The translations under genes were made by a program, and so were the position numbers. DNA of 25,521 nt, from positions 1-25,521 of the IMG/VR virus record IMGVR_UViG_3300048855_000109. One strand, given 5' to 3'. This stretch comes from a virus. Lineage: Duplodnaviria; Caudoviricetes. Under the pieces are notes generated by a model that searched no databases, was not told the origin of the DNA, and saw only the letters and a list, made by a program, of their open reading frames with translations. Of this stretch, positions 1-8,835 are shown one piece after another; positions within the stretch are counted from its first letter, which is position 1; every line of letters starts with the position of its first letter.

Positions 1-13
1 GGGTCTGCGTCAT
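1..13 (-). CDS. N-terminal start (MTQT...) of the next late gene, probably major capsid protein; truncated by window edge
   Basis: ATG at 13 preceded by GGAGAACGGAG; lies directly after the scaffold gene. Product inferred from synteny only. Confidence 0.55.
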
Positions 14-35
14 GGTGACGCTCCGTTCTCCGGCC

Positions 36-716
36 TCAGCGGCCGGCGAGCTGGCGGTACAGGGTCGGGTTGGAGACGTAGAGCGCGTTCTTCTCCGCCG
101 GCTTCATGGCGGCGAACTGCTCCGGCGAGATCGCGCCCTCGCCGGACCCGCCGGCGTGGTCGACAGCGCTCGCGCCGGTCGCCTGGACCGCCTTGAGCTT
201 CGGGTTGTCGGTGACCGCCTGCCGGATGGCGGCGTCCACCTGGGTCTGGAAGTCCGCCGAGGCGGGGTCCAGGTCCGCGACCTTCGCCAGGAAGGTCCGG
301 GAGTCGAGGAGGGCGTTCGCGTCGCCCTGGTGGGTCGGCGCCGCGCGGAACACGGCGAGCTCGACCTTCGTGAGCCGCAGCTCGTCGGTGGTGGAGCTGA
401 GCGTCTGCGTCAGCCGCTCGGGCGTGGGGGCCTCGTCGCCCTGGACGAGGCCGAGCGCCTTGCCGATGGTCTGCGCGAGCTCGGTGCGCGCGTCGTCGGC
501 GGCCTGCTGCTTCGCGTTGGTCCGGGCGGCGCCCGCCTCGCGGCGCAGCTTCTCGATCTCGGCCTTGGCCTTCGCGGGGTCGGCCCACGGCTCGTCGGTC
601 CCCGGCGGCGCCGCGGGCGGCTGCGGCGTGGGCGCGGGCTGCGCGGGCGGGGCCGGGGTGGCGGGCTGCTGCGGCTCGGCCGGGGCCGCGGACGCGGCGG
701 GCGTGGGCTCGGACAT
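36..716 (-). CDS. Capsid scaffolding protein
   Basis: ATG 716 with upstream AGGAGG; Pro/Ala-rich N-terminus, coiled-coil 'KAEIEKLRREAGAART', 'ALLDSRTFL' block; between minor capsid and capsid. Confidence 0.8.
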   Translation of the reverse strand: MSEPTPAASAAPAEPQQPATPAPPAQPAPTPQPPAAPPGTDEPWADPAKAKAEIEKLRREAGAARTNAKQQAADDARTELAQTIGKALGLVQGDEAPTPERLTQTLSSTTDELRLTKVELAVFRAAPTHQGDANALLDSRTFLAKVADLDPASADFQTQVDAAIRQAVTDNPKLKAVQATGASAVDHAGGSGEGAISPEQFAAMKPAEKNALYVSNPTLYRQLAGR

Positions 717-746
717 GGGTGATCGGCCTCCTGGGCTCGGTCTGGG

Positions 747-768
747 TGTCGGACCGCGCGCGTACTGT
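747..768 (+). promoter_or_regulatory. PafBC/RecA-NDp-type promoter motif TGTCGG-N10-TACTGT
   Basis: TGTCGG 747-752, 10-nt spacer, TACTGT 763-768; upstream of ORF 819. Confidence 0.6.
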
Positions 769-818
769 GCGCGGCAACACACCGGCGCCGGGCCGGTGCG
801 AGATGAAGGAGACGCGCG

Positions 819-1145
819 ATGAGCGCTGGGGTGACCGAGACGGACTCGACGAAGTCGATCGTCACGCGGTACTTCCTGATCGACGGTGGTGCTGTGACCG
901 AGAGCCGAAAGGCACCCGCGCGGGCGGGAGCGGTGGTGCTGTGGGTGACCACTTCGCGGTCGCTCGACGTGTACTACGCCTATGGGCCGCAGGGTGAGCC
1001 GATCTCGTCGCCGCTGGACATCGACGTGAACCAGGGGGCGCTGACGATCAACCTGAAGACCAACCGCGAGACGATCCGCGTCTACGGTCCGGGCTGGTGG
1101 CGCGAAGTTCAGAACCCCAACGTCGAGCGGGACGAGACCGACTAG
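819..1145 (+). CDS. Hypothetical 108-aa cargo (moron) protein, antisense to head operon
   Basis: GAAGGAG RBS before ATG; protein-like composition; stop overlaps minor capsid stop at CTAG 1142-1145. Confidence 0.8.
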   Translation: MSAGVTETDSTKSIVTRYFLIDGGAVTESRKAPARAGAVVLWVTTSRSLDVYYAYGPQGEPISSPLDIDVNQGALTINLKTNRETIRVYGPGWWREVQNPNVERDETD

Positions 1146-2242
1146 CGCGCGGATCCGATCTGCTCGCGCGCGGACTGCCGCTTCAGGGCGGGGTTCGCGC
1201 GCAGGTGGTCACGCATCGCGGCCTGCCACTGCGCGACGTGCGCGCGTGCGGTGGCGGCCGCGGTGTCGTCGAGTGCCAGGGCCTCGCGGGTCTTCCACCT
1301 GCGGATGTTCCGCTCGATGGCCCGCTGGCGCTGCTGCGCCTCGTACCCGACCGCCTCCTGGCGGGGCTCGGTGCGCCGCGTCGCGCCCGGCAGGTACGCG
1401 CTGACCGAGTGCCGGCAGTTCGGGTGCTGGAACCCGGCCCGGCGCGCCTCGTCGAGGGTCCCGGCGACGCGCACCGTGACCGGGCGGCCTGTCGTCGTGG
1501 ACTCGATCGAGATCGACCCGGTCACGCCGCGGCCGAGCGAGAGCACCTTGCCCTCCCACGGAGCGCACAGCGGGCACTCCCGCGGGGCGTCCGACACGAT
1601 CACGAGGTCTAGGCCCGCGGCCTGCAGCTGGTCGACGTGGCCCTGCACGGCGGCCTGGCCGGCGCCGGTGCGCATCGCCATCTCCGTGTACGACTCCATC
1701 GTCCAGTTCCGGCCCGACGCGTCCGTGAACGCCGTCAGCCCGCGGCCGGCGAACCGGTCGAGCGCGGACTGCGCCGCGTCGCGCCGGGTCTGAGCACCGG
1801 TGACGACCGCCGCCGCGGCGTCCGCCACGGTCCGCTGGTAGACGTCGGTGACGGCCCGCAGCGCGGCGGGCCGCACCCCGGACACCTTCCCGAGCGTCTC
1901 CTCCGCGAGGATCTCGATCGCACGGGCCCGAGCCGGGGGCATGACGACCTCGACGTTAGCGGCGTCCAGGTCGGCGACCGCGAGAGCCCGCCCGGCCTGG
2001 AACGCCTGCGCGATGACCGAGCGGACCTCCGCGCCGGCGGCCTGCTCGACCTCTGCGAGGTCCCGCGCCATCTGCCCGCGCAGCAGGTCCAGCTGCAGCA
2101 GCTTCTCCGTCGCCCACGTCGGGGCGTCCAGACCGCGACCGAGGGTCCGTGCGACGCGCCGCAGCAGGGCCAGCTCGGCGTCGGCGTACAGCTCGGACAC
2201 GCGGCGCGCGAGTCGCTCACCGAACCCCGGATCGACGGGCAC
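1142..2242 (-). CDS. Phage minor capsid / head morphogenesis protein (minor capsid 2-like)
   Basis: Motifs 'GRNWTMESYTEMAMRT', 'ECPLCAPWEGKVLS', 'FQHPNCRHS', 'QRQRAIERNIRRWK'; follows portal. Confidence 0.9.
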   Translation of the reverse strand: MPVDPGFGERLARRVSELYADAELALLRRVARTLGRGLDAPTWATEKLLQLDLLRGQMARDLAEVEQAAGAEVRSVIAQAFQAGRALAVADLDAANVEVVMPPARARAIEILAEETLGKVSGVRPAALRAVTDVYQRTVADAAAAVVTGAQTRRDAAQSALDRFAGRGLTAFTDASGRNWTMESYTEMAMRTGAGQAAVQGHVDQLQAAGLDLVIVSDAPRECPLCAPWEGKVLSLGRGVTGSISIESTTTGRPVTVRVAGTLDEARRAGFQHPNCRHSVSAYLPGATRRTEPRQEAVGYEAQQRQRAIERNIRRWKTREALALDDTAAATARAHVAQWQAAMRDHLRANPALKRQSAREQIGSAR

Positions 2243-2243
2243 G

Positions 2244-3995
2244 TCAGCCCTGCTCGAGCCCGGCCGCGTCCGCCTCGGGCAGGCGCAGCGACGTCGGGAC
2301 GGCGCCCGTGAACTCCACGCCGGTCAGGCCGACCTGCTCGGCGGCATCCTCCGGCTTCACGCCGGCGCGGATGAGCACGCCCATCGCGTCGGCCGCAGCC
2401 TTCAGGTCCGCGGGGTCGAGCACACCGGGAGTCTCGGCGCCGACGGGCACGGTGACGGCGGGGTCGGCGAGGGCCTGCTCGCTGCGGATGAGCGCCACCT
2501 CCTCGTCGACCTGCTTCGCGTCCCAGTCGGGGTGCAGCATCTTCACCTTGGTCACGGTCGACGCGGCCCGCGCCGTCTCCAGGGCCTGCGCGGTCTGCGC
2601 TAGCGACAGCAGCGAGTCCTGCACGCTGTCACCGAACGCTACCCGGACGGACTGACCGACCTTCAGGCCCGCGGTGGCGAACACGGCAGCGTCGATCGCG
2701 ATGAGCTTCTCGACGAGCCGGGTCACGGCCGGCTTCTCCAGCCGGACCTTGCGGTCACGGGTCAGGTAGGAGCGCCGCTCACGCGACTGCACCTCGGTTG
2801 CGGTGACCGCGGCGCCGTCCGGGCCTTCCCCGAAGGTCTGCGCGGAGTAGCCGGCGGACCGCAGGATGTCCTCGACGAGCTGCTGGCAGGTGCGCAGGTG
2901 CTCGTCGACGCGGATCTCGAACTGCTGGGCCTCGACGGGCAGCCCCTTACCCTCGCGGGGCGGCAGGACGCCGGGCAGGCCGACGAACACGTCGCGGTCG
3001 AGGTCGAACGTGGCGCCCTGGCCGGGCTTGCCGGTGTCGAGCATCGACTCGGCGACCATGATCCGGCCCTTGGCGAGGCGGATGTCCCGCATCAGCGACG
3101 AGTACGTCTCGTCGAGGGCGTCCATCAGCCCCTCGAGGCCGTCCAGGTCGGACCGGCCGAGGGAGGACCCGACCGGGTGGTTGCGCCAGTCGCGGCGCCG
3201 CTGCGGGCGCTGGTTGGGGATGTACTCGACGAGCAGGCCCGGGGTGCGACCCTCCCTGACGGCGCCGACCATGTCGACGGCGTCGGCCAGGGCGGCCGTG
3301 GCCTGGTGATCCGTGAGCGGGTGCAGCACGCCGAGGTCGTCGGCGGTCCCGACGTAGAGGCCGTGGAACACCAGCCCGATGCCGTTCGCGTCGAGCTCGT
3401 GCCGCTCGAGGTGCCGGACGACGGTGCTGTTGTTCCGCTCGACGACGTACCAGAACGTGACCCCGACGAGGCGGTCCCAGCGGAACGTCGGCCACGCGGC
3501 GTCTGCGTCGATCGTGGTCACGAACGGGCGGTCGCGCACGACGCCCCGGTCCCAGGTGACGCGGTGGTACCGGCCTCCGAGCGCGGCGCCGACTTCGGCG
3601 CCGGACGCCAGGACCGTGTGCAGGCCGTCGTCGAGGTACTCGCTGATGCGCTTCTGCGTGGTGTCGTCGTCGACGGTGATGGCCGGCGGCTCCGCGTACA
3701 GCAGGTCGGCGGACGCCTGGCACAGGTCGGCGGCGATCGGGACGTGCAGCTGGTCGACACGCGTCGCGGTGCCGACGTTGACCGGCCGGCCCCACCAAAA
3801 CCGGGCCAGGGCGCCGACGACGCCGCCGCGGTGCTGCGAGACCCGGTCGATGGGTCCGGCGGTCGTCTGCGCTCCGTACGCGCCGCGCAGGGCGTCCGGG
3901 GAGCCGTCGAACCAGGCCGCCCACTCGGCGAGGCGCGGGGTGATCGGCTCGAGGTCCTTCGGCGGCCACGGGGTGCCGTTGGCGGGCAGGGGCAC
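2244..3995 (-). CDS. Phage portal protein (SPP1 gp6/A118-like)
   Basis: GTG 3995 with GGGAGGT RBS; 'LGRSDLDGLEGLMDALDETYSSLMRDIRLAK', 'GYSAQTFG', 'TATEV'; follows TerL. Confidence 0.92.
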   Translation of the reverse strand: MPLPANGTPWPPKDLEPITPRLAEWAAWFDGSPDALRGAYGAQTTAGPIDRVSQHRGGVVGALARFWWGRPVNVGTATRVDQLHVPIAADLCQASADLLYAEPPAITVDDDTTQKRISEYLDDGLHTVLASGAEVGAALGGRYHRVTWDRGVVRDRPFVTTIDADAAWPTFRWDRLVGVTFWYVVERNNSTVVRHLERHELDANGIGLVFHGLYVGTADDLGVLHPLTDHQATAALADAVDMVGAVREGRTPGLLVEYIPNQRPQRRRDWRNHPVGSSLGRSDLDGLEGLMDALDETYSSLMRDIRLAKGRIMVAESMLDTGKPGQGATFDLDRDVFVGLPGVLPPREGKGLPVEAQQFEIRVDEHLRTCQQLVEDILRSAGYSAQTFGEGPDGAAVTATEVQSRERRSYLTRDRKVRLEKPAVTRLVEKLIAIDAAVFATAGLKVGQSVRVAFGDSVQDSLLSLAQTAQALETARAASTVTKVKMLHPDWDAKQVDEEVALIRSEQALADPAVTVPVGAETPGVLDPADLKAAADAMGVLIRAGVKPEDAAEQVGLTGVEFTGAVPTSLRLPEADAAGLEQG

Positions 3996-4011
3996 GGCAC
4001 CTCCCGGCGCG

Positions 4012-5295
4012 TCAGGCCGCGATCGCGGCAGGGGTCTCGTCGACGTGGCCACGCCACAGCGGTTCGAGCGTGGTGACGGCGTACCGGCCGCCGTCCAGGG
4101 AGTGGTCGGCGACCTTGATGGGCTTGTCCTCGCCCTTCTCGGTCGCCTTCGGGTCCCACGAGTACCCGGGGGCCTCGGTGATGAACCCGGTGCACCGGTC
4201 GGACACCTTCAGCCACCCGCCGCCGAGCCCGGAGGCAACGGTGCGGATCCCGTAGGCGACGTCGTTGTCGGCGGTCTGCACGTTGCGCAGGCCGTCGTTG
4301 AACAGCTGCAGCCGGAACGACGCCGCGGCGGGGTCGACGACCACGAACCTGGGTCGCTGGTCGACGACGGCGGGCAAGTGCGGCTGGTCCAGCCAGCCCC
4401 GGAACGACGCGGACAGCTGGGCGTCGGTGAGCCGGACCTGCGCGATGGCGGCGTCGTAACGCCACTCGTCGACGAGGTACAGGCGCCGGTCGACGCCGAG
4501 CCCGAGCAGCAGGCCGGTGGAGGCGTTCGTGGTGCCGTAGTCGACGCCGACGCCCAGCAGGGACTGCATGGCCGGCAGTTCCGCCCACGGCACGACGTGC
4601 TCGTCGGGGTCCCACATGTCGAAGACGGCGCCCTCGGCGGCGACCCACTCACCGAGGACGTTGCGGCGGTAGAACAGCCCGGTGTTCTCGCGCCGGATCG
4701 CGGCCTTGCGCTCCTCGGACAGCACCGGGTTGTCGTCGAGGACGAACTTCCAGGTGCGCCAGTCGGGCAGGTCGTGCAGGCGGTCGAGGAACCGGCGCTT
4801 CAGCCAGTGCGCGGGGTTGTCCGGGTTGGTCGTCCCGAACAGCTTCGCGCCCTCCCACAGGCGGTTCAGCAGCTGCGTGAAGAAGTCCTCGCGCAGCAGC
4901 GTGATCTCGTCGACGTAGGCCCCGGCGCAGGTGAGGCCGCGCAGGACGTTCTCGGACCGGGCGTCGGAAGAGCCGAGGACCCACACGGTGCGGCCGAGGA
5001 TGGTCGCCGTGGGGGCGCCGGCCGTGTACTGCACCTGGTGGGCGATGGGACCGAACAGCGTCGGGTCCATGAGCGGCGCGAACACGTTGCGGGCGGCGGA
5101 GTCGCGGGTGCGGGACACCACCACGAGCTCGCCGCGGACGGTGGACGACCCGACGTACAGCACCCAGCGCAGCAGGGACGAGATGGTCTTCCCGGACCGG
5201 ACGCTGCCCTCCCACACGTTGATGCGGGCGGTGGCCTCCCGGCAGGACAGCACCTGCTTCGGGGACAGCGGCATCGACGTCAGGGCGCCGGTCAC
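4012..5295 (-). CDS. terL: Terminase large subunit (PBSX family)
   Basis: Walker A 'WEGSVRSGKT', Walker B 'AYVDE', 'TTNPD', nuclease 'GVDYG' and 'DHSLDGGRY'; GTGA overlap with terS stop. Confidence 0.95.
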   Translation of the reverse strand: MTGALTSMPLSPKQVLSCREATARINVWEGSVRSGKTISSLLRWVLYVGSSTVRGELVVVSRTRDSAARNVFAPLMDPTLFGPIAHQVQYTAGAPTATILGRTVWVLGSSDARSENVLRGLTCAGAYVDEITLLREDFFTQLLNRLWEGAKLFGTTNPDNPAHWLKRRFLDRLHDLPDWRTWKFVLDDNPVLSEERKAAIRRENTGLFYRRNVLGEWVAAEGAVFDMWDPDEHVVPWAELPAMQSLLGVGVDYGTTNASTGLLLGLGVDRRLYLVDEWRYDAAIAQVRLTDAQLSASFRGWLDQPHLPAVVDQRPRFVVVDPAAASFRLQLFNDGLRNVQTADNDVAYGIRTVASGLGGGWLKVSDRCTGFITEAPGYSWDPKATEKGEDKPIKVADHSLDGGRYAVTTLEPLWRGHVDETPAAIAA

Positions 5296-5789
5296 GTGGC
5301 GGCCGCGGAGTCGTCGATGCCGAGGGCGCGGCCGAGCTGGGCGAGCATCGACTTCGCGTCGTCGGTGTCGGCGGCCGTGTCGAGCTGCTCGAGGCGGCCG
5401 TAGGCGTTGATCGCGGCGGAGGTGGCCTGCACCAGCTTCAGCTGGTCGACGTGCGGCGGCTGGTCGAGCTCGCGCGAGTTGAAGGTGTTGTCCTTGCCGC
5501 CGAACGAGAACACCGTCGTCGGCTTCCACAGCTGCTCGCGCAGCTTCGCGGCGTCTTCGAGCAGGTCGAGCTTGAGTTGCGCGCGGCGGGCGTCGGCGTC
5601 GGCCTTCTTCGCCTTCGTCGCGTCCTTCGTCTGCGCGCGGTCCCAGCCGAGCCCGAGCAGCGCAGCGTGCCGGGACACGGTGGCCTTGGAGCGCCCCATC
5701 TCGGCGGCGACGGCGTGCAGGGTGTGGCCGGCGGCGTGCAGCTCGCGCAGCCGGTCGTTCTCGTCGGTGGTCCAGGGGCTGGCGGCCAT
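5292..5789 (-). CDS. terS: Probable terminase small subunit (N-terminal HTH)
   Basis: HTH 'LHAVAAEMGRSKATVSRHA' then helical region; immediately upstream of and coupled to terL. Confidence 0.75.
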   Translation of the reverse strand: MAASPWTTDENDRLRELHAAGHTLHAVAAEMGRSKATVSRHAALLGLGWDRAQTKDATKAKKADADARRAQLKLDLLEDAAKLREQLWKPTTVFSFGGKDNTFNSRELDQPPHVDQLKLVQATSAAINAYGRLEQLDTAADTDDAKSMLAQLGRALGIDDSAAAT

Positions 5790-5832
5790 GTGCGGTCACC
5801 TGCCTCGGGTCCGTTGCCGGCGCCCGGCCGGT

Positions 5833-6417
5833 CTACGCAGAAGTTACGGTCCAGTCGGCGTTTGGGAAGGGGACGACGTTGGGCTCTGACTCGCCGAGGC
5901 GCTTCAGAGCGCCCTTCGTGTCTCGGGTCCACCAGATCCCATGGTCGTCCTGGAACCAGTACTGCAACTTCGGCGAGAGGTCGAGTTCGGCATCGGTCAC
6001 GGAGAGGTAGCCGACCCCCGTCGACTTGCCGGCTCCGAGAAACGTCATGGGGTCCCAGGTGACCTTCCGGGTCCCAACGGTCAGCTGACCGACGAGGGAG
6101 TGGATCGGCGCTGCGCCGGGGTTCTCCGCGTCGACCACGAACGCCGCGCTGCTGGGGTCGGGGCCGCGGAAGTGGTAGGCCCTCACCCGCACCCGGCTTG
6201 CGTCACGGCGACGCGCCTCTGCCTCGGTGCGCCGGGCTTCGCTCTGTGACTTGACAGCCAGGACGATCGCGACGATCGCGGCGAGAATTGCACCGACGCC
6301 GGCGAGCATCGCCGCCGCGGTCGCCCAGGCGAACTCGACCATCGGCGACGGACCGCCGTCGGATGCCGTCGTGCATCTCAGGACGGCGTCGGCGATGGAG
6401 CACTCGAAGTCGGTCAC
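5833..6417 (-). CDS. Hypothetical single-pass membrane cargo protein (TM + charged helix + soluble domain)
   Basis: Hydrophobic 'AAAMLAGVGAILAAIVAIVLAV' then 'KSQSEARRTEAEARRR'; candidate -10 CAGCAT 6 nt before GTG (leaderless). Confidence 0.7.
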   Translation of the reverse strand: MTDFECSIADAVLRCTTASDGGPSPMVEFAWATAAAMLAGVGAILAAIVAIVLAVKSQSEARRTEAEARRRDASRVRVRAYHFRGPDPSSAAFVVDAENPGAAPIHSLVGQLTVGTRKVTWDPMTFLGAGKSTGVGYLSVTDAELDLSPKLQYWFQDDHGIWWTRDTKGALKRLGESEPNVVPFPNADWTVTSA

Positions 6418-6604
6418 GTCGGCATGCTGGCACAGAGTTGGGCCCGCCCGGGCAGGTCTCGTCGGCGCGCGTTGTCGTCCAGATCGGTCCCGCGCGTGCC
6501 TGGCGGATCGTCGCCGCCGGGGGAGTTCGGGGTCCGCTCGCTGGCGATCTCGTATGTGTGCCGGTTGCGCTGCTCCGGGCGGGAGCGGGCGGTCGGGGGC
6601 CGGA

Positions 6605-6649
6605 CACAGCGACGGCCCCGCCGGTGTCTCACCGTGGGGCCGTCCTGTG
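6605..6649 (-). terminator. Long GC stem-loop at head of late region (terminator/attenuator candidate)
   Basis: CACAG/CTGTG, GACGGCCCC/GGGGCCGTC and CGGTG/CACCG stems; no U-tract. Confidence 0.45.
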
Positions 6650-6664
6650 CTGGCTCACGCCAAC

Positions 6665-7564
6665 CTACGCGAACAGTAGGGTGCAACTCCGGCGACTGGC
6701 AACCGGAACCCGTTCCGCGTGGCAGGCGGCAACTGGAGTGTGACGCGCGGCCGCGGCGTGCACGAGGTCGAGGACGTCGCCGACGCGGTACGTCTCGGCG
6801 AGGCGCCCGTCCTGGGTGGGGACCTTCCCGTGCCCGACGAGCCGCTTGCGCCGCACCCACGACTTCAGGGTGTTCTCGCTGATCGGCACACCGAGGCCGT
6901 CGACGGCGCGGGCGATCTCCCGCCACGGCAGCAGCAGGTCGGCGGCCTGCTCGAGCAGCCAGGACCGGCGCGCGGCGACCGGGTAGACGGCGGCGCAGCG
7001 GCGGCAGGTGACGGTGTCGGCGTCCTCGGCGGCGTACAGGTCCGCCCCGCACGGCACGTCGGCGAACCCGGGCGCCCACGGGATGACGGGCAGCTCGGCG
7101 GTGCAGGGCCCGGCGTACTGGCGGCTGCCGGGTGCGTCGATGGCGCGGCGGGCGTTGCGGATGGCGGCGGTGAGCTCGTCGATGGCGTCGGCGCCGGCGG
7201 GGTGCGCGGCGAGCCAGTCGACGGCGCCGGTCAGGTACGCGCCGGCGGCGGACCAGGTGGCGGGGAGCTGGTGCCCGCGGATCTCGGTGACGTGGTCGAG
7301 CCAGGTGAGCAGCGTGCTGGCGAGCACCCAGCGGGCGTCGGCGGGCGCGAGCGCGAACGGCAGCGGCGCGACGGCGGCGTGGGAGGTGCCGCCGGCGCCG
7401 ATGCGGGCTTGGCGGGTGCGGGCGATGTCGAGGTCGCCGAACAGGTCGGGCAGGTCGGTGAGCAGGCCGCGCAGGGTGGCGGCGCAGCGGGGGCAGACGC
7501 AGCGGTCGTCGGCGATGGTCGGGGCGTCGCCGCGGTGGGTGAGGGGGCAGGTGCGATGGGCCAT
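6665..7564 (-). CDS. Zn-ribbon + C-terminal HTH protein, probable late-gene transcription regulator
   Basis: CxxC motifs (CPRC, CRRC), C-terminal 'ISENTLKSWVRRKRL...YRVGDVLDL'; GAAAGGA RBS; last early gene before terminase. Confidence 0.65.
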   Translation of the reverse strand: MAHRTCPLTHRGDAPTIADDRCVCPRCAATLRGLLTDLPDLFGDLDIARTRQARIGAGGTSHAAVAPLPFALAPADARWVLASTLLTWLDHVTEIRGHQLPATWSAAGAYLTGAVDWLAAHPAGADAIDELTAAIRNARRAIDAPGSRQYAGPCTAELPVIPWAPGFADVPCGADLYAAEDADTVTCRRCAAVYPVAARRSWLLEQAADLLLPWREIARAVDGLGVPISENTLKSWVRRKRLVGHGKVPTQDGRLAETYRVGDVLDLVHAAAARHTPVAACHAERVPVASRRSCTLLFA

Positions 7565-7640
7565 GAGGGGTTTTGTCCTTTCGACGGTGTGTCAAGGGAA
7601 GGCCGAGTCAAGAAGGTCACGTGCTCGCTACCGTGCGTAC

Positions 7641-8426
7641 ATGAATCTCTTGGATACGTTCCTGCGGGAGCCCGTCATCGCGGCTGTCCAAGACGACGTC
7701 GATCCGTCGTCACGCGCTGCCGCCGTCGGAACCCTCAGGCTGAACATGGATGACGTCAGGGCTTTGATGATCGCGCTCCAGGACCTGACCACCGAGGATG
7801 GCGCGGGCGGGACCAAGCAAGTCTTCCCCCGAGTTCACGTCCTCACAGTGGGCGGGCGCGAGTACGGTGCCGACGAACTAGACCAGCTCGTTTCGACTCA
7901 GTGGATCGGAGCCGGAATCATCTGTCGGCGAGAAGCCGGAGACGACTCGATGTTCGGGCTCGCGCTGTGGTTCAACCCCCGGGAGCGAATGACTCTCTAC
8001 GCACCGGTGCCGGAGTTCCTGCAAGTAACGCAGGCCATCGAGCGCGCGTGGTCCTCCCGCGAGCTGCGGCAGATCTCTTACCTTGGGCGCCGGAGGCTCG
8101 CAGTCGCGGCAGGCCTCCTCGGGCTCGCAATGCTGTGGGCGGCCGCCGTGGTCTGGGGCGATCCTCATCCTGTGACCGCTGCTCTCGCGGGCGTACTCAC
8201 TGGGCTTGTCGCCTGGCTGGTGGCGTCGAAGATCTTTGCAGCGGTCCCGTCCGCCGCTTACGGATTGCCCCCTGGCGGCGTCACCGTGGTGGCAACTTCT
8301 CAAGCCGTGATGGATCAGCGGCGACATGACCGTCACCAGAACGGCCGTCTGATCTTCTGGACGCTGGTGATCTCGGTTCCCTTGAGCGGTATCGGCGGGA
8401 CGCTCCTGGCGCACTGGCTTAGGTGA
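7641..8426 (+). CDS. Hypothetical cargo membrane protein (soluble N-domain, about 3 C-terminal TM helices), antisense
   Basis: ATG 7641 6 nt after TACCGT (7629-7634); more A/T-ending codons than flanking genes; three hydrophobic segments. Confidence 0.8.
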   Translation: MNLLDTFLREPVIAAVQDDVDPSSRAAAVGTLRLNMDDVRALMIALQDLTTEDGAGGTKQVFPRVHVLTVGGREYGADELDQLVSTQWIGAGIICRREAGDDSMFGLALWFNPRERMTLYAPVPEFLQVTQAIERAWSSRELRQISYLGRRRLAVAAGLLGLAMLWAAAVVWGDPHPVTAALAGVLTGLVAWLVASKIFAAVPSAAYGLPPGGVTVVATSQAVMDQRRHDRHQNGRLIFWTLVISVPLSGIGGTLLAHWLR

Positions 8427-8455
8427 CTGTTTGTGGCGCGCGCCTGGCCCGAACC

Positions 8456-8776
8456 TCACAGGGCGTGACCTTGTACGGCGCGGTACGCAGCCACAGCCTT
8501 GTAAGCGTCCGGCTGCGGCCCGTCGATGCCGTGCTGCACCAGCACCACGTCCTCGCTGCACCCGCGTGCCCGCGCCACCTCGGCCACCAGGGCATCGCGC
8601 TGACGCAGCAGCTGCGCGGCACGGTCGACCGCACCGGACGCGGCACGGCGGACGTCGGCGAGCACGTCGAGCAGGGTCGCCACGTCCTCCTGCGCCGGCG
8701 TCAGCCCCAGGCCGGTCGCCGCGGCCAGGACTCGGGCGCGGGCGCTGCGCTCCGCGATCTCCTCCAGGGCGGTCAT
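8456..8776 (-). CDS. Hypothetical phage protein (106 aa)
   Basis: Helical composition, operon orientation. Confidence 0.65.
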   Translation of the reverse strand: MTALEEIAERSARARVLAAATGLGLTPAQEDVATLLDVLADVRRAASGAVDRAAQLLRQRDALVAEVARARGCSEDVVLVQHGIDGPQPDAYKAVAAYRAVQGHAL

Positions 8777-8800
8777 GCGGACGCCTGCAGCTTCGAGCCG

Positions 8801-8828
8801 CTCAGAACGCCGGCTCGACGGCCGATCG
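8801..8828 (+). promoter_or_regulatory. Sigma28 (FliA/WhiG)-like promoter CTCA-N16-GCCGAT
   Basis: CTCA 8801-8804, GCCGAT 8821-8826, ATG at 8836 without RBS. Confidence 0.45.
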
Positions 8829-8835
8829 ACTCGAC

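Noticed and set aside
600-716. Apparent short GC repeats (also 13470-13560)
   Set aside because: Explained by Pro/Ala-rich linkers in the scaffold and SSB proteins
3379-5403. 674-aa plus-strand ORF and similar long Arg/Pro/Ala-rich ORFs (2898-4076, 10503-11834, 21108-22415, 23571-25505)
   Set aside because: Shadow frames of real genes, expected in GC-rich DNA; no motifs, RBS or coupling
7008-7640. Long N-terminal extensions in the ORF track (also for terL, primase, SSB, exonuclease, Lsr2-like, 22259 ORF)
   Set aside because: They overlap real neighbouring genes; better starts with RBS, -10 or coupling exist downstream
7878-8459. Fifth bridge ORF across the 7641-8426 cargo gene
   Set aside because: Starts with a GTGA overlap but stops at 7878, about 310 bp short of the next gene, which has its own RBS; a counter-example or decayed case
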